From the NCBI GenBank assembly GCA_016839785.1, contig JAEOTQ010000025.1, forward strand, positions 1 to 38,931: DNA of 38,931 bases, read 5' to 3'. The stretch is from Candidatus Hodarchaeota archaeon. Lineage in GTDB: Archaea; Asgardarchaeota; Heimdallarchaeia; Hodarchaeales; Hodarchaeaceae. Both the position numbers and the translations under genes were made by a program. Under the pieces are notes generated by a model. That model had not been told where the DNA came from. It worked only from the letters and a program-made list of their open reading frames with translations, and did not search any database. Positions 17,618 to 25,660 of this stretch are shown here, in pieces (the first letter of the stretch is position 1; each line of letters begins with the position of its first letter).

Positions 17618-19243
17618 TTAATCTGAACAGGTAGGTGATGTCCGAAAAAGACCGAGTTTATGGCGTGTTCCAGAGTGTATCTCAATCTCTTCAACATTAA
17701 TTAACCCACTCTCAAAGACTGATATAACATTAAATGAATTTAACCTGCGGGATCGAATTTTTTTACTTGAAAATGTTCCTGCATTTACAAAAACTGTATT
17801 CTCAACCTGCATTGTCGTAGCATAATGTTCTAATCCAGACAGTACTAAATGAACATTATGGGAAGTTAAAAACTGTATAACATCACCTGCATCCTTTATC
17901 GCTCTTTTAAAGTAACTTCTAGGTATTGGTAATACCGAATGGTGCATAGCCACCAAAAAAAACTTGTAATCTCCGTAACAGTCATATTCATGCTTAATCA
18001 TGCGCATTCGACTTCGACCTACATGCCCAGAGGGATCAGCACCTGTATTAATTCCTAAAACACGTACAGTTGGATCTTCATAAACAGGATCTAATGGGCC
18101 GATCTGTTGTACCCATAATTCTTTTCCAAAAGGCTGTAGATCACGAGTTCCTGGCACAATAAGGTAGGGGACATTCAATTCTCCCAACTCTCGAAGTTTT
18201 TGTTTTGCTAATGCAAAATCCTCTGGATAGGAATCATTTGTTAGATCACCTGTATGGATCAATACGTTAGGTTTTTCTCGGATCATCATCTTAATACCTA
18301 AGTCATATATTTGGGCTAAGAAATCGCTTCCGTTCGTAAAATGCGTGTCAGAAAACTGACAGATCTTTGTTACTAAGTTTTCTCCTGGAACTAAAAAACC
18401 CGTCTTCGTTGCTAATTCCCCCTTCCAGATTTGTTGAGTTTCCTGATTTGCAGTTAGAAATTTTGAATAAGAATCAGTCCCATAGAATTGAACACTGATA
18501 TTTTTATCTCTAACAATAATATCAACAAATGTATGACCTGCAGTTCCCCTAGTTTTAAAACTACTAAACGTACCTGAATTAATTAATAGTGCCCTACGCT
18601 CACCATTAGACAATGAAAAAACATTAGGATAATGTCGGTGCGCGGTTATGAGAACATCTATACCTGCTTTCCATATCACCTGAGAAACATCACCAGCATC
18701 TAAAATCATGGATCTTTCTCTACCTGTCGAAGGGATTGGTAATAAATGATGATGAAAACAGAGGATTTTCAATACATCATCTGGTATGGTTTCTAATTCG
18801 GCAATAGCTTCGATCCCTCGGTCACCAATTCGGCCAGTGTTCTCATCTGGTTCAGAGGAATCGATCCCCAGAACTACAATATTCCCTCCCGTATCCCTAG
18901 TGTCAATGAAAAACTGTCTTTCTCCAAAAAATCTTTTCCAAAGCTGATCTCCAATATTTCTCATGTCATGATTGCCAGGAATAGTATAAAGTTTTTTTAC
19001 GTTAGGAAAATGAGTTTGCAGAATTTCTTTTGAAAGTTCAAAGTCCTCATAAGTACCAGAGTCAGTAATATCTCCTAAATGGAGAACTAAAGCATTTGGA
19101 TTCTGTTTCAATCTTTTATTGATCAAAATTGCTCCTGTTTCAAACGCATCCTGATGAAACAGACCAGTGAACTTTGATATATGTGTATCAGAGAATATTA
19201 GCAATTCTTCAAGGTTAGATTTTCGTTTAGATTGTTTACCCAT
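17618..19243 (-). CDS. Tandem calcineurin-like metallophosphoesterase (Icc/CpdA-like), second domain degenerate
   Basis: Domain 1 SDTH/GDIT/GNHD/HHH/AHRH; domain 2 SDTH/GDLT/GTRD/MHH/GLEH. Confidence 0.88.
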   Translation of the reverse strand: MGKQSKRKSNLEELLIFSDTHISKFTGLFHQDAFETGAILINKRLKQNPNALVLHLGDITDSGTYEDFELSKEILQTHFPNVKKLYTIPGNHDMRNIGDQLWKRFFGERQFFIDTRDTGGNIVVLGIDSSEPDENTGRIGDRGIEAIAELETIPDDVLKILCFHHHLLPIPSTGRERSMILDAGDVSQVIWKAGIDVLITAHRHYPNVFSLSNGERRALLINSGTFSSFKTRGTAGHTFVDIIVRDKNISVQFYGTDSYSKFLTANQETQQIWKGELATKTGFLVPGENLVTKICQFSDTHFTNGSDFLAQIYDLGIKMMIREKPNVLIHTGDLTNDSYPEDFALAKQKLRELGELNVPYLIVPGTRDLQPFGKELWVQQIGPLDPVYEDPTVRVLGINTGADPSGHVGRSRMRMIKHEYDCYGDYKFFLVAMHHSVLPIPRSYFKRAIKDAGDVIQFLTSHNVHLVLSGLEHYATTMQVENTVFVNAGTFSSKKIRSRRLNSFNVISVFESGLINVEEIEIHSGTRHKLGLFRTSPTCSD

Positions 19244-19437
19244 CTTGTGTTCTTCCTTGTAATCTTTACTCCTTCTGTATGGGCTTTTTTCAGAAAAGGG
19301 ATTATTAGTGGTCCATCGGATATCCTTTGAATATAAATAATTCCTCCTTTATATTAATAAATACTCCCTTTTCTATGCTACTTACTCTTATCGAGAAACA
19401 ATCAGTAAGCTAAAGGTGTTACCTTGGAGAATTATTC

Positions 19438-21567
19438 ATGACTGCAAAAAATTGTCCTCATTGTAATGGAAGTGGAAAATTATCAACTAAAACGAAGAAA
19501 CAATGTCCTCACTGTCGTGGGATGGGTTCCACCAAGATTTTAATAGGAGGAGGAAAGCCTAAAGCCAAAGATGTCTGTTCTAAGTGTAAAGGCTCTGGGA
19601 AAATTGAAACAAGTAAAGAGAAAACTTGCCCTACATGTTCAGGAAAAGGAATTCTGGAATCCAAATGTGTAATCTGTGGGAATCCTCTGAAGGAAAACAA
19701 CGTCGACCTTTGTACTAGTTGTAAAGAGAAAACTACAATTCACAGGCTGATTCCTCCTGTAACTAAACGGATTGTTGAGTTTAATCTTCTCTATCAAGGT
19801 AATGTTGTAAATATCGTTGATTTTGGATATTTTGTTCAATTAGCCCCGAAAATAGAAGGACTCGTCAGAAATAAAAGCTTTTCAGGAAAGGTGGATGATC
19901 AAATTCTTGTTAAACTAAAAAACAAGAAAGGAGATAAATTTGAGTTCGAGGAAGTTAAGATAAATAACATATCAGATTTACCAATCTCTCGAATCCACGA
20001 TCCAATTCCTCTTCAAAAAATTCACCAGAAACGAGAAGTTGGGGTTTATCTCTCGTTTATTGCCCGAATTGAAAATATTCGACAAATACCCAAAGGCCCT
20101 AAAGTATTCACTCTGTTAGATGAGACTGGAAATATTGAAGCTGCTGCTTTTCATTTGGATTTTGTTGAAGAAATGGCCATAGGAGATATTGTGGAAGTAG
20201 CAGGACAATACAATGTTCATCGTGGGGCAGAACAGATCGAAATTTCTAACATGTTCGTTGTGGAAGATGCATATTCAAATGCATTTACAAAAAAACTGGC
20301 TAATCACTTAGATTCTATAAGTGAACCACAGTCTATTGACTTCTTAGTGAAATCTAAAGTCTTAAACCTTTTACGTCCAAAATTTATCGCGGTAGCGAAG
20401 CGTTTAAGGAGAGCATTTTTTGAATCTCAACCAATTATAATTAGACATCATAATGATTGTGATGGAATTTGTGCTGGAATCGCTTTAGAATTATCTTTAC
20501 GTCAATTATGGTTTGATATACATCAACAGTTCGATGAGGACAAGCTTCGTCATCTTATAAAACGTACAGTTAACAAACCTCCATTCTATGACCCATTAGA
20601 TGCAGTTCGAGATGTGAATTTTGCTTTAGAAGATGAAAACCGTTTTGGAGATAAACTTCCATTAATAATCATGCTCGATACAGGAAGTAGTGAGGAGAGT
20701 CTCTTTTCCTATAAACTTCTCCAGACGTATAATATGGAAGTTATGGTAGTTGACCACCATTTTCCCTCAGCTTCTGTTCAAGAAGTGGTTAGTACTCATT
20801 TAAACAATTATTACGCTGGCGGAGATTACAATATCTGTACAGGTATGCTTGGAGTTGAGCTAGCTCGTTTTGTTAATCCAAATGTTACAAAAGATATTAT
20901 GCATATCCCTGCAATTTCAGGTATTGGTGATAGAGTAAAAGGGGAGGAATTTGATCAATATTTAGAGTTTGCAAAAGAACGTAATTACACAGTATCATTC
21001 TTAACTGATATCGCCATTGCTGTAGATTACCAAGCATATTTCCTAAAATTTTCACCTGGACGGCTTTTATTGACCGACCTTCTTGGGATCAAGGGAACAG
21101 ATGAACGTCAGCTAGCATTTGTAAAATTATTAGCTACAGAAGCCCGAGACCTTCTCGAAAAACAGTTGCAGATCTCTCTTGAATATTGTCAAGAAACTGA
21201 TTTACCTAATGGGATACATTTAGCTATTTTAGATGTTGAACAGTTTGCAAGTAGATTTGACTATCCTCCTCCTGGAAAGATAACAGGAAGCCTTTTTGAT
21301 CATCTTGGTAGTAAAATTCCAAACGTACCATTAGTTACAATTGGATTAGGCCCCGATTTTGCCATCTTTCGATCTCAACACGTGAAACTTGATTTTCCAA
21401 ATCTAGTAAGAAATTTAGCAGACGACATGCCCCATGCAAACATTGAAGGCGGAGGTCACGAAATTGTCGGGAGTCTAAAATTCATTACAGGGGCAAGAAC
21501 CGAATTCATGAAGCTAATTCAAGAAAAATTAACAATAATTAGCGTTTCAATTTCGGAGAGTAAATAG
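19438..21567 (+). CDS. Archaeal RecJ-like DHH phosphoesterase with DnaJ-type Zn finger, S1 and OB folds (COG1107)
   Basis: Four CxxCxGxG repeats, S1-like DFGYFVQL, OB FTLLDETG, RHHNDCDG, DTGS, DHH, GGGH. Confidence 0.92.
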   Translation: MTAKNCPHCNGSGKLSTKTKKQCPHCRGMGSTKILIGGGKPKAKDVCSKCKGSGKIETSKEKTCPTCSGKGILESKCVICGNPLKENNVDLCTSCKEKTTIHRLIPPVTKRIVEFNLLYQGNVVNIVDFGYFVQLAPKIEGLVRNKSFSGKVDDQILVKLKNKKGDKFEFEEVKINNISDLPISRIHDPIPLQKIHQKREVGVYLSFIARIENIRQIPKGPKVFTLLDETGNIEAAAFHLDFVEEMAIGDIVEVAGQYNVHRGAEQIEISNMFVVEDAYSNAFTKKLANHLDSISEPQSIDFLVKSKVLNLLRPKFIAVAKRLRRAFFESQPIIIRHHNDCDGICAGIALELSLRQLWFDIHQQFDEDKLRHLIKRTVNKPPFYDPLDAVRDVNFALEDENRFGDKLPLIIMLDTGSSEESLFSYKLLQTYNMEVMVVDHHFPSASVQEVVSTHLNNYYAGGDYNICTGMLGVELARFVNPNVTKDIMHIPAISGIGDRVKGEEFDQYLEFAKERNYTVSFLTDIAIAVDYQAYFLKFSPGRLLLTDLLGIKGTDERQLAFVKLLATEARDLLEKQLQISLEYCQETDLPNGIHLAILDVEQFASRFDYPPPGKITGSLFDHLGSKIPNVPLVTIGLGPDFAIFRSQHVKLDFPNLVRNLADDMPHANIEGGGHEIVGSLKFITGARTEFMKLIQEKLTIISVSISESK

Positions 21568-21771
21568 ATGGGCAAAAAATGTGCCTCCTGCAATCTAAAT
21601 CTTACCGATGACCCAAAAGTTCGAGTTTACTCATACTGGAAGCTTAAATGCCCTGATAAATGGCACATATTCGTTCGTAATGAATCTATATCAAAAAAGA
21701 TTGACGCTCCTTGTTCAGAAGATAAAATCCTAAGACAAAAAATTAGAAAAGGATTCCAAATCAAGGACTAA
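21568..21771 (+). CDS. Small basic Cys-containing hypothetical protein
   Basis: ATG directly after the upstream TAG, SD GGAG; CxxC plus two further Cys. Confidence 0.55.
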   Translation: MGKKCASCNLNLTDDPKVRVYSYWKLKCPDKWHIFVRNESISKKIDAPCSEDKILRQKIRKGFQIKD

Positions 21772-21782
21772 ATTCAAATAAA

Positions 21783-22394
21783 TTGGAGATTAGTATCTTG
21801 AGATTCCAAATTGAGAACTATGATTCTCAACATGAGGACCAATGGTTAGAATGTTTAAAAGAGACATTTTACGACTCGTTATATTATGACACAATGCTGA
21901 AATTTAAGCCTCGTTACGAACAACCTATTGTCGAACTCGTTACTCTTCATGGAGAGAAAATTGTAGCCTTTCTCGATATTGAGATGATACCACCCACAGA
22001 GCAGTTATGTAGAAAAGATGAGGCCCATTGTGGCCAAATAACCCTGATTGGTGTTCATCCGGATTATAGACGCAAAAATTTAGGCACAAATCTTCTTGAA
22101 TATGCAATTAAGCATATTAAGAATAAGTTCAAAGCTACCCGGCTTGAAGTTTCATTTCGAGAAGATGAGGGAATTTATAGATGGTTCCATTCAATGAAAT
22201 TTCTTCCTTGCGATAAATACTATGAAGTTAGTTTCAGCCAAGATTTTTTCATTAAGTATGGAATTGAACTTCCTTTCGGAATCAATCCTAGCGTTTTAAC
22301 TGGATTTGTTGACCAAGAAGGGTTCAGGTACTTAACTACCGATCATCCTCCTGAAAAGTCCTACTCTTATTTGATAATGGAAAAAATCTTATAA
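21783..22394 (+). CDS. GNAT family N-acetyltransferase
   Basis: IGVHPDYRRKNLGTNLL acetyl-CoA-binding motif. Confidence 0.85.
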   Translation: MEISILRFQIENYDSQHEDQWLECLKETFYDSLYYDTMLKFKPRYEQPIVELVTLHGEKIVAFLDIEMIPPTEQLCRKDEAHCGQITLIGVHPDYRRKNLGTNLLEYAIKHIKNKFKATRLEVSFREDEGIYRWFHSMKFLPCDKYYEVSFSQDFFIKYGIELPFGINPSVLTGFVDQEGFRYLTTDHPPEKSYSYLIMEKIL

Positions 22395-22397
22395 TTT

Positions 22398-23729
22398 CTA
22401 TTCCTTTCTGAAAATTAGACAGTACTGGTGGCATCTATTTCCTACCCAAGCATTATTTACTCCTAACGCGAGTAAACGCTTATCATCCTGTAACCAAATC
22501 TTTTCATCTTTTAGAATCCAATCAGTATCGGATATTGAAGTTGCAGTATCGTATGCTAAAGGAAAAAGTTTCCCTTCAGTAAAAACGTTGTTTGTAATCA
22601 CCACTAAGTAACCTTTGGGTTTCATAAGACCATGTATTTGTGTAAAGATGTTTTTCTGTGTCTCTAAAAAGAGGTTGTAATCTTTAATATTTGCTAGATC
22701 AAGTCGATCTAAATCACTATATTTAGTGTCGAGACCTTTATTTTTCCGTTCTTTCTGACGCATTTCAGTGCGATCTAATTGACTCCAATACGGCGGAGAG
22801 GTAATTACTAAGTCTATCTCAGAATAGCCCTGTTTCGACCAAATGTCTGTTACGTTCATACTATTGTCATGAATGATATACCAATAACCTTTTTCTTGTG
22901 TTGAATAAAGTGAACTATAGGGAAGCGCCACAAGAGGTGCGAGCCGCTATTTACTAATCTGAATATAGCGTTCAGATAGTTCAATTCCAATTGCGTTTCT
23001 ATTACATTGCTTAGCAGCGAGTACTGTACTCCCACTTCCTAAAAAGGGGTCAACAACTAGCTCTCCAGGTTTAGTAAAAAAAGTGATGAACTTTCGTATT
23101 AGTATTTCGGGAAATTTTGCAGGATGTAAAATTTCGTTTTTATTACGAGGAGGTGGTCTGACAATTATCCAAGATTTTGTCATTCGGAGCCATTCCCTGC
23201 CCGTAAGATAATTTAATTTATTTTTTTTACTTAAAATACCAAAAGGACGCTTTTTTCTCCCGTATTTTAAACTTATCATGCTTGTTATTCCCCTTTGCTG
23301 CTCTTCTGGCTTGAAAACGAGAAAACTATCTTCTTCTGTTTCATTAGCGATATTTATCAATAAATATTCAATTTCTTGATTGTAGATTGTCCCTAAGTGT
23401 GAACGGATTGTTTTTGTAGCTGATAGGAAAAGGGAGAATCTTTGAGGATCAATAGATTTTGTAAGCACAGGGATAAACACCAAGGGTGTCTCTAGATCTA
23501 GGTAATAGAAGATTAAGTCTTGTTTTTTTATCCTTATTTCGACTTGAAAACAGTTCAAATTATTTTGGGCAATAATTTCCCAAAATTTCCCAAACGCGGT
23601 ATTTTCTGGATTTTTAAGGAGGTCTTCAAGAGAAAAAACCTTTCTTAAGGAGTGGGGGCGGCAAATAAATTCAAAATAATCCCATATTTCATTCGCAGTA
23701 TCCTTTTGACCATTAGATAAAGAATTCAT
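22398..23729 (-). pseudogene. N4/N6 DNA methyltransferase (SPPY type) interrupted by one in-frame TAG at 22947-22949; pseudogene, readthrough or split gene
   Basis: The two track ORFs are in the same frame: ...HPAKFP..DPFLGSGST..GIELSERYIQISK*RLAPLVALP...ITSPPYW... Confidence 0.75.
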
Positions 23730-23864
23730 TGAATATTCCAGCTTCCTTGAATCTTAGCTTTGTTCTCTCAATCTACAATGATACTCGATGAGAAAGTTAA
23801 AAAGGATATTTGGGTGAGGCTAGATGAAGTCAATTCCAAAATTGTCTTTTGGAGTAGTGTAAAT

Positions 23865-24242
23865 ATGCCAGATTATTGCGTTAATTGTGGTCAAAAACTT
23901 AATCCAGATGATATTTTCTGTAGTAACTGTGGTGGTGAAGTTGAAGCTCGTAAAGCATCATATAGCCCGAATTCTAGTTCTACATCAGACTATTCATCAC
24001 ACAAACTCATGACACAACCGAAATTATATCGAAGTCGGGATGATCGGTGGATAACAGGTGTCTGTGGAGGTTTAGGCAAACACTTCAATATTGAACCAAT
24101 TCTCTTTCGAATTGGATTTATTCTTGGATTATTTTTTTATGGTACGAGTGTTATTCTATATATAATCTTAGCAATTTTCGTTGAAGAAGAACCACTGAAT
24201 TCAGAATTTGCTCCTCCTAATAAAGCTGAACCACCGTATTAA
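23865..24242 (+). CDS. Zinc-ribbon + PspC domain membrane protein
   Basis: YCVNCG..FCSNCG; KLYRSRDDRWITGVCGGLGKHF followed by TM; ATG 23865 preferred over TTG 23760. Confidence 0.88.
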   Translation: MPDYCVNCGQKLNPDDIFCSNCGGEVEARKASYSPNSSSTSDYSSHKLMTQPKLYRSRDDRWITGVCGGLGKHFNIEPILFRIGFILGLFFYGTSVILYIILAIFVEEEPLNSEFAPPNKAEPPY

Positions 24243-24349
24243 CCAGTAAAATCGGTTACAGACTGGTATTTAACATAGTTAGTTGAATCTCGTATCGACC
24301 TTTTTAAAACAGTTTCACTTCTCTGCTGAGATTAATTAGGATTACGGAT

Positions 24350-24586
24350 TTGACAAATATGAACTATGATATTGAATTACCCGAAGAATTAGTAAATTAC
24401 TTCAATTCTGTTTTTACAGTATTCGAATTAGGATTTCCCGACAAGGAAAATATGTTAAAACACATATTACTCGAGGGACTCGAGCATAGATTGGAACACA
24501 TGGCTGAAAACCAAAGTTTTAAACAACATAAGAAATATCACAATCTCATTGATACAGAAAAAGCCAAATGTGTTGTCTCTGAGTGA
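24350..24586 (+). CDS. Small protein, possible ribbon-helix-helix fold; likely start ATG 24359
   Basis: YDIELP strand, EELVNYF helix, GF turn, DKENMLKHILLEGL helix. Confidence 0.5.
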   Translation: MTNMNYDIELPEELVNYFNSVFTVFELGFPDKENMLKHILLEGLEHRLEHMAENQSFKQHKKYHNLIDTEKAKCVVSE

Positions 24587-24653
24587 GTGCACTTTTCAGC
24601 TGAACAAATTCTTTTTCTGAGACACCTCAAGAGTCATTATACTTGAGGGGTTC

Positions 24654-24839
24654 TCATTCCTTTTTCCCATATTCAATTTCCAAGGAAATTTCTTTAATAT
24701 CCATTCCTTTTATACGCAAGGAACTTACCATTCCAAATACAGACTGTCCAATAAATTCCTGCACAAATTGTTTTATACCAATAGACTTACCATTGACTTT
24801 GAGTTTCACATCGCATACTTCTTTCATTTCTAACACCAA
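24654..24839 (-). CDS. Small protein resembling the C-terminal domain of archaeal MobB
   Basis: VKLKVNGKSIGIKQFVQEFIGQSVFGMVSSL pattern. Confidence 0.6.
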   Translation of the reverse strand: MVLEMKEVCDVKLKVNGKSIGIKQFVQEFIGQSVFGMVSSLRIKGMDIKEISLEIEYGKKE

Positions 24840-24910
24840 GAATAAGTTTAAATATTCTCTAGGAGATAATTTTTAAAATTCTATCCTGAAATTTAGGTGA
24901 GTGTATTCTG

Positions 24911-25660
24911 GTGTCAGTTTTGACCTTAATAAACCTAGAGAATGTTTCTAAAAACTATACAATGGGTGAAGTTGAAGTTAATGCACTATCAGATCTTACC
25001 TTGGAGATAGAAAAGGGGAAATTTGTTGTCATGATAGGTACTTCAGGTACTGGTAAGAGTACATTATTAAATCTGATAAGTGCCATTGACACCCCAACTA
25101 AAGGAAGAATTCTAATCGAAGGAGTAGATATTTCATTTCTTACCCGAAAACAACGCGCCCAATTTCGTAGACATAAAATTGGATTTATTTTTCAGTTCTT
25201 CAATCTTATCCCAACGCTTACTGCAGTTGAAAATGTTGAATTTGGTCTCGCACTGGTAGGTGTTACCTCTTCACCAGGAAATACGTCTTATGACACAAAA
25301 GACATTCACTCAACCGCTTTGGAATGGCTAGATAAAGTTGGACTTGCTCATAGAGCTAACCATTTTCCCAGTCAAATGAGTGGGGGTGAACAGCAAAGAG
25401 TTGCAATAGCAAGAGCATTAGCCAAAAATCCTCCCATTATAATAGCTGATGAACCAACAGGTAACTTAGATTTTCGTACAGGAATCAAAATCCTCAAATT
25501 AATGAAGGAATTAAATAAAGAAACCCAGAAAACTTTTGTCATTGCTACTCATAATAGTCAGTTAGCGAAGATTGCTGATTACGTAATTTCTCTACAAATG
25601 GGCGGAGTGGAAACTTATGAACAAATTCCACATGATGATTTAGACAAACTCATATGGTAA
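24911..25660 (+). CDS. ABC transporter ATP-binding protein (LolD/MacB/SalX family)
   Basis: GTSGTGKS, GFIFQFFNL, MSGGEQQRVAIARAL, ADEPTGNLD, ATHN; SD AGGTGA upstream. Confidence 0.95.
   Translation: MSVLTLINLENVSKNYTMGEVEVNALSDLTLEIEKGKFVVMIGTSGTGKSTLLNLISAIDTPTKGRILIEGVDISFLTRKQRAQFRRHKIGFIFQFFNLIPTLTAVENVEFGLALVGVTSSPGNTSYDTKDIHSTALEWLDKVGLAHRANHFPSQMSGGEQQRVAIARALAKNPPIIIADEPTGNLDFRTGIKILKLMKELNKETQKTFVIATHNSQLAKIADYVISLQMGGVETYEQIPHDDLDKLIW

Noticed and set aside
19438-19720. DnaJ chaperone call from CxxCxGxG repeats
   Set aside because: No J-domain/HPD motif; the repeats belong to the COG1107 RecJ-like architecture
22947-22949. Genome-wide TAG reassignment
   Set aside because: TAG ends apparently complete genes here (e.g. 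at 5013, 10376, 21567, 22398 and radA at 35343)
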